From the sequence record OZ035765.1: 45,062 nucleotides of DNA; one strand, given 5' to 3'. This stretch comes from Veterinaerplatzvirus T145P1. Within the stretch, counting starts at the first letter, position 1; each line of letters starts with the position of its first letter. This document shows, piece after piece, positions 28,335 through 37,251 of the stretch. Both the position numbers and the translations under genes were made by a program. The notes beneath the pieces are model-generated. The model worked only from the letters and a program-made list of their open reading frames with translations. It searched no databases and was not told where the DNA came from.

Positions 28335-30329
28335 ATGTTGCCTATCGAGAAGCTGGTTGCAAATTTCGATAAAGAAAGAATCAAACAGATTCAGAGAGAT
28401 TATCAGTTTGGCGAGATAACCCCTTACGAATTCCAGTGCGTAACATTTGATGCAATCGGGAAGGCTATTGGTAAGTATGAAGCGCCATTTATCGCTGACC
28501 TTTCAGTATCTGCGGGTAAGACAATCATTCTTGCCATGATTGGTAAGCGCATGGAGCAGCTTGGGCTTCCATATATGGTTCTCTCTCGCCAGTCAGAGAT
28601 TATCAGCCAGAACTCAGAAGAGCTTCGTAATTTCGGCATCCGTAATAGCGTCTATTGCGCTGGCCTTAACGTCAAATCAGTTTACTACCCAACTATAGTG
28701 GCCAGTGAGGGTACGGCAGCCAACGGCTTGTTTAAGGGGCTTGGTGACTATGTTCCGGCAGTTATCGCTATAGATGAGTGTCACATGGTCGATCACATGG
28801 ATATCGTGGAGGCTGAAGAGAATGAAGAAACATTTGAGCAAATGAGCACAAAGAAAGGCGATATGGTTTTTAAGGATGGCGTAAACACAGGATTGCTTGG
28901 TACTGGTCGTGCTCAGTACACGCTAATTATCACCGAGATGAAACGTCGTTGTCGTGAGAAGTACGGGCGTGAGCTTCGTATATTCGGTCTTACTGGCAGC
29001 CCGTATCGTAACAACGATCATATCGTCGTTAGCAACCCAAACATCCGTGGATTCTGGCGCAAAACAGTGATTCAGGTGCCAACAAATTATCTGGTTGATT
29101 TGGGCTTCGTGGTTCCTACTGTTTATGGTGAAGTTGGTGACCTGGGTTATGACCTTAGTGAGTTTGCGCCAGACGGAAGCGATGGCGTTAAAGACTTCAG
29201 CAAGAAAGAAATGGATGCAATGGCTGCAAAGATTCACGACAACCAATCAATGACCCAAAAGATAATGGGTTTTGTTGTGAAAATACTCGAGACTCGTAAC
29301 GCTGCATTGGTAACATGCGCTGGCAAACTCCATTGTGATGAGGCTGCTGCGGCACTACCAGATGGATACCCTTACGCCATCATCACAGACTCTACGGGAG
29401 AGAGGAAGCGCAGGGAGATTCTGGCTGATTGCCAGACAGGTAAGTACAAAATAATATTCCAGATTGGTTGTCTTACTACGGGCGTAAACCAGCCGCTGTG
29501 GGATACTAGCGTCATACTACGCAAGATTGGCAGCCTAACGCTTATGATTCAGCTTCTTGGTAGGGGGATGCGCAAACTTAAGAGATCTCATATTGATGCT
29601 GGTTTTCATAAAGAAGATCACCTTGTGCTGGATTTTGCTGGCGCACTTGATGATATGGCTGAGCTTTACTTTGACCCAATTATTGAAGAGATTCAGGCTG
29701 AGAAGTTTAAATCCTCAAGAAAAGGTGGCGATGAGGTTCGTCAGTGTCCGCAATGTGGATATGAAAATTCCCCATTCGCTCGTCGCTGTAGCAATAAGAT
29801 TGATGGCGTTAGATGCGATCACTTCTTTCAGTTCACAATTTGCGAAGACATTACCGACGCGCAAACTAAATCGGTAATTAAAAAGGGTTGTGGCGCTCGC
29901 AATGACATAGCAGCAAAGGTTTGCAGGGAATGCGGCGAGATGCTTAAAGACCCAAATGCTAACCTGACTGGCAAAATGTATCGTCGTGGTGATTACCTTC
30001 GTGTTTATGATTTTCAAGTTGGGTTAAGTAAGAATCAGACAGGCATTGTAGTTAAGTACAATATAATGGCTCATAACGGAGAGAGATTTAACGCTTGGGA
30101 GTTCTTTAATCCAGAATCAGACCATCGAGTTTGCAGTGTGCTCTGGAAGAACTTTTGCTTAGCTCATATTGATAATCGCACGGAAGCGGCACGAATTGGC
30201 AGGCTTAAAAATGCCAGAATGATTATGACTAACGTAGATAAGTTCCGTGCGCCAGTTCAGGTTACGCATCGCCGGAATGCAAAAGGAAAGGACGTGATAG
30301 CGTTTAAGAATTTTGGAGAATTATTATGA
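28335..30329 (+). CDS. SF2 DEAD/DEAH-box helicase
   Basis: Walker A VSAGKT, DECH box (AIDECHMV), C-terminal Cys-rich zinc-ribbon-like region. Confidence 0.8.
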   Translation: MLPIEKLVANFDKERIKQIQRDYQFGEITPYEFQCVTFDAIGKAIGKYEAPFIADLSVSAGKTIILAMIGKRMEQLGLPYMVLSRQSEIISQNSEELRNFGIRNSVYCAGLNVKSVYYPTIVASEGTAANGLFKGLGDYVPAVIAIDECHMVDHMDIVEAEENEETFEQMSTKKGDMVFKDGVNTGLLGTGRAQYTLIITEMKRRCREKYGRELRIFGLTGSPYRNNDHIVVSNPNIRGFWRKTVIQVPTNYLVDLGFVVPTVYGEVGDLGYDLSEFAPDGSDGVKDFSKKEMDAMAAKIHDNQSMTQKIMGFVVKILETRNAALVTCAGKLHCDEAAAALPDGYPYAIITDSTGERKRREILADCQTGKYKIIFQIGCLTTGVNQPLWDTSVILRKIGSLTLMIQLLGRGMRKLKRSHIDAGFHKEDHLVLDFAGALDDMAELYFDPIIEEIQAEKFKSSRKGGDEVRQCPQCGYENSPFARRCSNKIDGVRCDHFFQFTICEDITDAQTKSVIKKGCGARNDIAAKVCRECGEMLKDPNANLTGKMYRRGDYLRVYDFQVGLSKNQTGIVVKYNIMAHNGERFNAWEFFNPESDHRVCSVLWKNFCLAHIDNRTEAARIGRLKNARMIMTNVDKFRAPVQVTHRRNAKGKDVIAFKNFGELL

Positions 30330-30745
30330 AGATTACAGATAAAGAAGATTACATTGAGTTTTACCAGGGTCCGGTTAAGTCATGCCCTAAAGAGGATGAC
30401 GAACAAATCTTTTGCTCTGATTGGGTTAAGTATAACTACCCAGATATGGTATTTTTCCATTGCGTGAATGAGGGAAAGAAAACCATTGGTCAAGCAAGAA
30501 AAGACCAGGCTAAGGGGCTTCTAAAAGGCGTATCAGACTGTATGTTTCTTATTCCTGAATCACTTCGAGGTAAGTATCCTTTCGGAGCTATAGAGCTAAA
30601 GAGGGCTGGCAAAACTCAAGCAAGTCCAGTCAGCGAAGAACAGAAAGCATTCCTGAAAAGTGTAATGGAATCAGGCGGTTTCTCGGCAGTCGCCTACGGA
30701 CGTGAGGGTTTTCTTGCAGCATTCAAAGAAATGATTTCAAAATAG
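30326..30745 (+). CDS. VRR-NUC-like nuclease (putative)
   Basis: 139 aa; D...E-L-K type motif (DCMFLIP...AIELKR); ATGA overlap with helicase. Confidence 0.5.
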   Translation: MKITDKEDYIEFYQGPVKSCPKEDDEQIFCSDWVKYNYPDMVFFHCVNEGKKTIGQARKDQAKGLLKGVSDCMFLIPESLRGKYPFGAIELKRAGKTQASPVSEEQKAFLKSVMESGGFSAVAYGREGFLAAFKEMISK

Positions 30746-30785
30746 CACGAATTGCTAAAGACGATTTTAAAAGATGGGGTATAGT
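30743..30785 (+). promoter_or_regulatory. conserved promoter/operator module
   Basis: TAGCACGAATTGCTA, 22 bp, TATAGT, leader TACTCCATCGAAACGA. Confidence 0.5.
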
Positions 30786-30821
30786 TACTCCATCGAAACG
30801 AAACACAAAGAGAGTAATAAA

Positions 30822-31022
30822 ATGGCTACTATCTACACTGGAAAATTCTACGAATCACGCAAAACTGGTTACGAATATGAGTTGGTCATCACAGAAGATG
30901 GTTACATCCTCATTGATGTAATGGATGGAGATTACTCTTTCGAAGTTAGCCCAACCTACAAGGATGATTTAGAGACTGTTAAAAACGCATTCGGCGAAAA
31001 ATTTGATGAGGTACCAGAATGA
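30822..31022 (+). CDS. hypothetical protein
   Basis: Start moved to ATG 30822 after the conserved leader; promoter module at 30743-30785. Confidence 0.4.
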   Translation: MATIYTGKFYESRKTGYEYELVITEDGYILIDVMDGDYSFEVSPTYKDDLETVKNAFGEKFDEVPE

Positions 31023-31177
31023 GAGTGGTAGTTGTAAACTGGAAAACTGGAGAGGATTCAGAATTCTTCTTCAATACATTCCTGCAATACATTGATAAGT
31101 ATGTTTTCGTTATTGATGGTGAGTGTGAGGTTGTTGTTCCTATTAAGCTAATTGATGGATTGGGAGTATCAGGATAA
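31019..31177 (+). CDS. hypothetical protein (52 aa)
   Basis: Short ORF bridged by overlapping stop/start codons on both sides. Confidence 0.3.
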   Translation: MRVVVVNWKTGEDSEFFFNTFLQYIDKYVFVIDGECEVVVPIKLIDGLGVSG

Positions 31178-31398
31178 TGGCAATTTTTACATTTGAGAAT
31201 CAATGGGAAGTGTTTAAGTTAATGGTGTTACAGGAGCTAAATAAAGCAGGATATCAACCAAACCCATATGACCTAGCTGAGTCATTAGACTATAGTTTCG
31301 AGGAAGAATACCTAAACACTGATGTTGAAACATGGCGCGACCGTATGGTCGTTGATATAGAAGAAATGAAAAAAGATTGCCCGGAGGATTTCTTATGA
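31177..31398 (+). CDS. hypothetical protein
   Basis: 73 aa acidic; TAATG overlap. Confidence 0.4.
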   Translation: MAIFTFENQWEVFKLMVLQELNKAGYQPNPYDLAESLDYSFEEEYLNTDVETWRDRMVVDIEEMKKDCPEDFL

Positions 31399-31583
31399 TT
31401 GGCTTCTGCGTAAAAACAAATGGGCGATTTACACTATTTGATGATTACGAAATCAACTTTGATTCAGGCGGCGCAATAACAGTAAAAGGGGACGATGAAT
31501 TACATTGGTTCCTTAGTTATCAAGGTGATGGCTACTACGGATGCATTGATGCAAACGCAAAAGAAGTTAGTTTCTTAGTCTAA
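31395..31583 (+). CDS. hypothetical protein
   Basis: Start moved to ATG 31395 (GGAGG RBS). Confidence 0.4.
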   Translation: MIGFCVKTNGRFTLFDDYEINFDSGGAITVKGDDELHWFLSYQGDGYYGCIDANAKEVSFLV

Positions 31584-31626
31584 TAGCACTTTTTGTTAAA
31601 ACTAAAATCCACGGATGGATTATATT
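31584..31626 (+). promoter_or_regulatory. conserved promoter/operator module
   Basis: TAGCACTTTTTGTTA, 22 bp, TATATT; ATCCACGGATGGAT hairpin in spacer. Confidence 0.45.
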
Positions 31627-31657
31627 AAGCACATCAACAACACAGGGGGTTAAAAAA

Positions 31658-31858
31658 ATGAAGGCAGTTGTTGTTTACAACAAGAAAGGTCGTAATTACT
31701 TTACTGTTGGGAATATTTACGATGTTTCACCAGCTTACCCTAAAGATGAAGAACAGTTATTATTTGATGTTACTGACGATGAAGGCGATCGTGTCTCAAT
31801 AATAATTAGCGAATCTGCTGATTGCGCTCATGGTTTCGTTTGGGAGCTTTTAGAATGA
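31658..31858 (+). CDS. hypothetical protein
   Basis: 66 aa; promoter module at 31584-31626. Confidence 0.4.
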   Translation: MKAVVVYNKKGRNYFTVGNIYDVSPAYPKDEEQLLFDVTDDEGDRVSIIISESADCAHGFVWELLE

Positions 31859-31980
31859 AAATCGTAGACAAAGAAATGTTTGAAATTGCACAGACTTATG
31901 CAAATGAAGCAGTTAAAACCGGCTCATATTTCTACTGGATGTGCGCTAAAGAATACCTGAAAATGGCTTACGGGTTATGA
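31855..31980 (+). CDS. hypothetical protein (41 aa)
   Basis: Short ORF with ATGA overlaps on both sides. Confidence 0.25.
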   Translation: MKIVDKEMFEIAQTYANEAVKTGSYFYWMCAKEYLKMAYGL

Positions 31981-32225
31981 TAATTGAAACTGGGCGCGAA
32001 GCTGTATGGGCGCATTGCGGGGAGGCTGGATTGCAAGATGACATTAAGCAGATATCCCGCTTCTTTGAAATAAAAGATATCAGCGTTGTCTTTAATGGTA
32101 AATTCTCATACATGGATGAGAGACCAAGAAAATACGTAAGAGTTAAGCCAGGTGTCAGGATTGATGTTAATGAATTCCTTAAATCTGAGGGATTCAAGTT
32201 TAAGATAACGAAGTCTAAGGATTAA
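31977..32225 (+). CDS. hypothetical protein
   Basis: 82 aa. Confidence 0.4.
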   Translation: MIIETGREAVWAHCGEAGLQDDIKQISRFFEIKDISVVFNGKFSYMDERPRKYVRVKPGVRIDVNEFLKSEGFKFKITKSKD

Positions 32226-32227
32226 GT

Positions 32228-32479
32228 ATGTTGGGTTTAGATTTTCAGCCAGAGCATTATGATTTAGTGTATGGGCAAAGTGGATCGAAGTTTAGAGCGA
32301 TACCTATTGCTGACTGGTTCCCTCCTGACTATGTTGATGTGAACGCAAAAACTAAAGAAGGAAAGTGGGTACAGATTTACTACTCCCCGGCATGCGGAAA
32401 CCTTTGCATGACTGACCTTGATCAGAAATTAGCAATTAGTGCGGAAGTGATAGACTACTGGTTGAAAGAAGTTGAATGA
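32228..32479 (+). CDS. hypothetical protein
   Basis: 83 aa. Confidence 0.4.
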   Translation: MLGLDFQPEHYDLVYGQSGSKFRAIPIADWFPPDYVDVNAKTKEGKWVQIYYSPACGNLCMTDLDQKLAISAEVIDYWLKEVE

Positions 32480-32562
32480 CGAGCCTAATACTAGTAGCAT
32501 CGTTACCACTGTTTAGCTTTACTATCTTATACTTTATCGTAATGAATTAAGGAACTTTTATA

Positions 32563-33693
32563 ATGGCAACCGCAAAAATCACCAACGAACAATTGCGCGA
32601 AGAGTTAGCAAATGGCATGACCAACAAGGCAATCGCAGAGAAGTACGGAATGAACATTCGCAACGTTGAATTGCGTCGCAGTAAATTAGCTAAACAAGGC
32701 GAAGGGCATGGTCGCGATGTAAGCAACTTAATCCCTCAGGGCTATGCAGTTAAAGGCGTCTCCAGCTTAATTGGTGCTGATGGCGAGATTAAGCAACAGT
32801 GGGTTAAATCAGATATCGACAAGGAGAAGCAAGAAGAGATGATGCTTCAGGCAATTCAGGCCCTAACTGATGAGTTGCCGCGTGAGAAAGCTAAAGCTTT
32901 AAGGGTTGGTTTATGGGAAGATACTTTAAGCCTTTACCCCGTGTTCGACCTCCACATTGGAGCAATGGCTCATCATGCTGAGTGTGGTGAGAACTATAGT
33001 ACTGAAATCGCTGAGAGAGTTCTTAATGATTACTTTGATTACGCGGTTGCAAAGGCCCCCAACTCCAAGAAAGCTGTATTGCTGATTGGGGGTGACTTCC
33101 TTCACTCTGACGGAATGGAAGCGGTAACACCAACCAGTCGTCATGTTCTTGATCAAGATAGCCGTTATCACAAACTTGTTTACGTAGCAGTGCGATCGAC
33201 ACGTCGAGCAATTAGCCGCATGCTTGATAAGCACGCCGAGGTTGAGGTTCAGATTATTCCAGGTAACCACGATCTCTCAGGTATGATTTGGCTTCGTGCT
33301 GCAATGGCAGCTTTCTATATGGATGAGCCTCGAGTTAATGTTGATGCGTCCCCCGCTGCGCTTCACGTAACGCAATTTGGGAAGACGCTGCTTGGTTACT
33401 GCCATGGGCACGAACTCAAAAAGCCTGATACCCGACTATCAGCACTGGCTCGTGACCATCGCAAAGCATTTGGTGAATCAGAGTATGTTTACACCCATTC
33501 AGGCCACTATCACCATCAAACTATTACGGAAGGAAATCTGGGTATTGATGAATCACACGGCCAGCTTGGAGCGAAAGATGCGTACAGTGCTAACGGAGGT
33601 TATCGCTCTTACCGACAGGCTTCGGTGATAATTTATAGTCCTGAGTTTGGTGAGATTGGACGATTTACTTGCCGCCCGGAAATGTTTAGTTAA
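32563..33693 (+). CDS. calcineurin-like metallophosphoesterase with N-terminal HTH
   Basis: Motifs D-L-H, GGDFLHSDG, GNHD, GHxH (SGHYHH); N-terminal MTNKAIAEKYGMNIRNV HTH-like segment. Confidence 0.6.
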   Translation: MATAKITNEQLREELANGMTNKAIAEKYGMNIRNVELRRSKLAKQGEGHGRDVSNLIPQGYAVKGVSSLIGADGEIKQQWVKSDIDKEKQEEMMLQAIQALTDELPREKAKALRVGLWEDTLSLYPVFDLHIGAMAHHAECGENYSTEIAERVLNDYFDYAVAKAPNSKKAVLLIGGDFLHSDGMEAVTPTSRHVLDQDSRYHKLVYVAVRSTRRAISRMLDKHAEVEVQIIPGNHDLSGMIWLRAAMAAFYMDEPRVNVDASPAALHVTQFGKTLLGYCHGHELKKPDTRLSALARDHRKAFGESEYVYTHSGHYHHQTITEGNLGIDESHGQLGAKDAYSANGGYRSYRQASVIIYSPEFGEIGRFTCRPEMFS

Positions 33694-33737
33694 TAGCACT
33701 TTTTGCCTAACGCATGCCGTAGAAATGAGGCATAATT
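33694..33737 (+). promoter_or_regulatory. conserved promoter/operator module
   Basis: TAGCACTTTTTGCCTA, CATAAT, leader TACCACATCGAAACGAG. Confidence 0.45.
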
Positions 33738-33777
33738 ACCACATCGAAACGAGATGAACTAAACGAGGAAACACAAA

Positions 33778-33954
33778 ATGACTAAAATGATTTATTGCAC
33801 CAAAAACAACTCCAAAACGCTGCCATTTACAGTTAACCAGCCGTACAATGCAGAGTACCAGGGTGATGGATATTACAAGATTTACGGTGACGATATGACG
33901 TGGATTTTAGCGCCGATTGAAGGTTCACTGGTTGAATTTATTATCGCTGACTAG
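33778..33954 (+). CDS. hypothetical protein (58 aa)
   Basis: Follows promoter module 33694-33737; terminator after the stop. Confidence 0.35.
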   Translation: MTKMIYCTKNNSKTLPFTVNQPYNAEYQGDGYYKIYGDDMTWILAPIEGSLVEFIIAD

Positions 33955-33980
33955 CACAGAAAAAACATAGCGTTACGCAC

Positions 33981-34006
33981 GGGGGGCCTTTTGGCTCCCC
34001 TTTTTT
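33981..34006 (+). terminator. rho-independent terminator before lysis cassette
   Basis: GGGGGCC-TTTT-GGCTCCCC followed by T6. Confidence 0.6.
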
Positions 34007-34085
34007 ATGCTTCTTTTCCGAGCATGGCTCCTGTATCATGTTTACACTAACTTAAACATTGACAAATAAATAAATGGAGGATCAC

Positions 34086-34301
34086 ATGAGGGAAGTAATC
34101 AACGCCGCTACAGCGTCAACCGGCGGGGCTGCGGTAACTGGCGCAGCAACTGGTCAAATGACTATAGCAATAATCAGCCTTATCGCTTTAATCATTTTTG
34201 GCGCATGGGGTGCTTACTGGAAGTTTAAAGATAGCCAGGCGATTCGGCGTGCCATTGAATCTGGCGACCTAAAGACAGCAATCAAGATAAGGAGCAAGTA
34301 A
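34086..34301 (+). CDS. holin (single TMD, pinholin-like; possible dual start at 34074/34086)
   Basis: 71 aa with one hydrophobic TMD and a charged C-terminus; directly upstream of endolysin; two in-frame ATGs 4 codons apart. Confidence 0.6.
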   Translation: MREVINAATASTGGAAVTGAATGQMTIAIISLIALIIFGAWGAYWKFKDSQAIRRAIESGDLKTAIKIRSK

Positions 34302-34787
34302 ATGAAGCAGAAGCTGCTAATTAGCGCCGCTACGGCTGCGGCAATATACATCGCAGCACCGCTTATTGAGCTCGTAGAGGGTGTGGAGAACAAGCCTTAC
34401 ATGGACATTGCCGGGGTGAAAACCGTATGCGCAGGTATTACTGGCTCTGACGTTGTTTGGGGTAAGACTTACAGTAATAGGGAGTGCCGGAACCTGCTGG
34501 AGAAGCACATCCAGATTCATGGTAAGTATGTTCAGGATGCAGTTACCTACCCAATTGCACCACAGACAAGAGCTGCATTAATCAGCTTTAGCTATAACGT
34601 TGGCGGCAATGCAATGAGGAAGTCTACCGCTGTAAGGCTAATCAACCAGGGTAAAGTTGAGAAGGGTTGCAACGCTCTCGGGATGTGGAACAAAGCAAGA
34701 GTTAACGGAAAGCTGAAGGTAGTTAAAGGCTTGGTGAATCGCAGGAATGAGGAGATTAAGTTATGTTTAAGTGGATTGCAGCGTTAG
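34302..34787 (+). CDS. SAR endolysin (T4-type lysozyme fold, putative)
   Basis: N-terminal hydrophobic signal-anchor segment followed by E...D...T lysozyme-like catalytic region. Confidence 0.8.
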   Translation: MKQKLLISAATAAAIYIAAPLIELVEGVENKPYMDIAGVKTVCAGITGSDVVWGKTYSNRECRNLLEKHIQIHGKYVQDAVTYPIAPQTRAALISFSYNVGGNAMRKSTAVRLINQGKVEKGCNALGMWNKARVNGKLKVVKGLVNRRNEEIKLCLSGLQR

Positions 34788-35152
34788 TAGTGTGCGTAGC
34801 TTTATCTGGATGTTCGGCAACTGATGCACTGACTGGATTGATTGGAAGCAAGCCGGAAGTTACAGCTCAGGTCGGGGCTGAGAACAACAAGGTTGGCGTT
34901 GGGTTAACGAATAAGGTCGATTCCAGCAGCTCCAGTGAAGCCACGGTTAAAGATTCTAAAGTTGGGTCACTTGATAGCTCAAGCGGGAAAAAGACTGCTG
35001 ACAACTCGATTAAGGCATCTACAATCACTGCCGAAAAGATTGAGATTACCAACAACGACTCATCCGCGCCTCCATGGATTGTAATGGGAGCTATGGGGTT
35101 GCTGTTTTTTGTTCCACTTACCGCAATCTTAAGACGCAAAAAAGCCTCCTAA
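34763..35152 (+). CDS. unimolecular spanin (T1 gp11-like)
   Basis: N-terminal lipoprotein signal (LSGC) and C-terminal transmembrane helix followed by RRKKAS; overlaps endolysin 3' end. Confidence 0.7.
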   Translation: MFKWIAALVVCVALSGCSATDALTGLIGSKPEVTAQVGAENNKVGVGLTNKVDSSSSSEATVKDSKVGSLDSSSGKKTADNSIKASTITAEKIEITNNDSSAPPWIVMGAMGLLFFVPLTAILRRKKAS

Positions 35153-35168
35153 TGGAGGCTATATTTTT
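35137..35168. terminator. bidirectional terminator (spanin stop codon in loop)
   Basis: A6-GCCTCC-TAAT-GGAGGC followed by T-run. Confidence 0.65.
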
Positions 35169-35502
35169 AGCTAAATAACTCGTCGTCAGTCATTGTTCCT
35201 ATATTCATCATCTCTTTTATGTACTTGCTTTGATACCCGTTAAGCGCCTCGAAGTTAAACTCAAATGGCCTCTTCAAGCTACCATTGCTAGCAAACTCAC
35301 CGCACTTACCATCAATGTATCCCATGCTAAGCATCTTCGCGCAGAACTCCTTTGAAGCCGCGCTGCAAAACTCCCTATGCGATAATCCTGCCGCCTTACT
35401 GAATCTCTGAGAGTCCTTATGCTGGTAGATGAATCGCGCCAAATGCTGTCGCGTGAAAAAGCTGTAAGATTCGCAGAACCGGTACAAGTCAAGGATGAAC
35501 AT
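35167..35502 (-). CDS. hypothetical protein
   Basis: 111 aa, last gene of the minus-strand NTPase operon; bidirectional terminator after it. Confidence 0.45.
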   Translation of the reverse strand: MFILDLYRFCESYSFFTRQHLARFIYQHKDSQRFSKAAGLSHREFCSAASKEFCAKMLSMGYIDGKCGEFASNGSLKRPFEFNFEALNGYQSKYIKEMMNIGTMTDDELFS

Positions 35503-35504
35503 AA

Positions 35505-35591
35505 TTAACTCCTGAGCACTGCCAAAACAAATAGAAGCATCGAAATTGTTACAACAAAACCAAGTATTATCAGTAGTATCGATTCAATCAT
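35505..35591 (-). CDS. hypothetical 28-aa hydrophobic peptide
   Basis: ATG 4 nt after the NTPase stop; MIESILLIILGFVVTISMLLFVLAVLRS; stop abuts the next start. Confidence 0.3.
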   Translation of the reverse strand: MIESILLIILGFVVTISMLLFVLAVLRS

Positions 35592-35594
35592 AAA

Positions 35595-37178
35595 TCACCC
35601 CAGCAATCTCGGATTAATGTAAACTTTATCACCAATCAGGCACGTATAGTTTTTCTCATCAAGCATTGGCAGTAAGTGATCTTTAATCTTCGTCATCACT
35701 CCAGCCTGAGCCTCGAACGGCTTAACCTTTCGCGCCGCTTCATACAATGAGCGAATGCCAACAACACCCTTACCGTTTTTACCCTGCTTGATCAGGATAT
35801 CAATCAGCTTATTCATCTCGGCATTGTCGCCAGCGTGACCAGCCGCGTTGGCAGATGACAAATAAGTCTTGCTAAGCTCCTGGAACATGATTACAGCTTC
35901 TTGCATGGTATCAAGCTCAATCTCTCTGGATTTCTGTGGACTCCCACCGCTAGGGTTGAACCAGTTGCGCACTGTGTGAAGAACAGCAGCAATCCTGATA
36001 GCCTGCTTATCGAATTTACCCAGCGCGCCGCGCAACATTGTGTGGGAATACTTACCGCCGTCCGCAAGGTGCGGCTCCATTTCCTGACGTGCCCGGTTTA
36101 GATATTTCATCGCTGAGTTGCTAACCGTCAACTTTACTTCTTGCTCATTCATGATTTCGTGAACCAGGCGGAAGTAGTTAGCCTTAAGCTCACCATCAAT
36201 TGGCTCGTAAGTTGAGTTGCCATTCTCATCGACGAATACACGCTCGCCAAGGAATGATTTTTCACGCACAAGTAGAAAACGTTCCGACACACCAATACCA
36301 CGAGCACCAGCATTCATGATTGCGTTTATTGTCTCATCTTGCGCAATTACAGAGATGCATCCCATAGCGACGAAGCTCATGTTGTTTTCTGCGTTCGCAC
36401 GCGCAATGGACACGTTACCAGCATCCCACGCCTTGAGTACGAGCTCGCTGTTCGTTTTCTTTGAGCCATCACCATAGGTCATACCTAGCAGAGAGTTCAC
36501 GCTCGTTGCTTCATCAGAGATAACCGCGAAGTTGCCCTGGCGGTTGTTTATTCGCGCAAGACCTTCAGGTGTCGTATCTGATACTGGAAATACGATATCG
36601 CACATCTTTTCCAGCTTCTCCTCTAAATCCTCTTTCTCCTCAAAGAGAGACGCCATCTCTGATGGTGACTTTTCCTGCTTCATCTCTTTGGATAATGCAG
36701 ACAGCTTTGCCATAATCTTTTTACGCTCACGCTTTCGCACTTCATTAAGCCGCTCAGTCTCAGCAATCATTGGCGCAATAGAAAGCGAGTTAATTGCTGA
36801 TTTACCTGTGGATGGTGGCTGACTGGTTACTACGTATAGAGAGGTCGGTTGCTGGGTTCCGTGATACTCTACTGTAAAACGTCCCAGCATGGCGGCAGAA
36901 ATACACCCCAGAAAGTGCATATAAGCTGAAGACTCTGGAAATTGAACAGAACGGGCAATATTGGCTGACAGCTTACCAACAACATCAATGTCATTACCGA
37001 GTGAGATTACGGGATACTTGTCATTAGCCGCATCAATCTCAACTGGCGCTTTCCAGAATGATTGAGACTGACGATATCCATTGGCATTAATAGCGACGCG
37101 CAGGGGTGGGAGGTTGTCTGCGGCAGCAATTGCCATAACCTGTTCAACAGATAGCTTATCTTCGTTGAAATCAAACAT
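35595..37178 (-). CDS. P-loop NTPase of unknown function
   Basis: Walker A-like SQPPSTGKS and Walker B-like FAVISDEA separated by a charged coiled-coil insertion; own promoter module upstream. Confidence 0.6.
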   Translation of the reverse strand: MFDFNEDKLSVEQVMAIAAADNLPPLRVAINANGYRQSQSFWKAPVEIDAANDKYPVISLGNDIDVVGKLSANIARSVQFPESSAYMHFLGCISAAMLGRFTVEYHGTQQPTSLYVVTSQPPSTGKSAINSLSIAPMIAETERLNEVRKRERKKIMAKLSALSKEMKQEKSPSEMASLFEEKEDLEEKLEKMCDIVFPVSDTTPEGLARINNRQGNFAVISDEATSVNSLLGMTYGDGSKKTNSELVLKAWDAGNVSIARANAENNMSFVAMGCISVIAQDETINAIMNAGARGIGVSERFLLVREKSFLGERVFVDENGNSTYEPIDGELKANYFRLVHEIMNEQEVKLTVSNSAMKYLNRARQEMEPHLADGGKYSHTMLRGALGKFDKQAIRIAAVLHTVRNWFNPSGGSPQKSREIELDTMQEAVIMFQELSKTYLSSANAAGHAGDNAEMNKLIDILIKQGKNGKGVVGIRSLYEAARKVKPFEAQAGVMTKIKDHLLPMLDEKNYTCLIGDKVYINPRLLG

Positions 37179-37208
37179 TACTTCTCTCCGTGTTGTTTCT
37201 GAGCGGCC

Positions 37209-37251
37209 ATTATAACAACGACCGCTTATAAAGCATTATCAATTTGTGCTA
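37209..37251 (-). promoter_or_regulatory. conserved promoter/operator module (NTPase operon)
   Basis: Minus strand TAGCACAAATTGATA, 22 bp, TATAAT. Confidence 0.5.
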
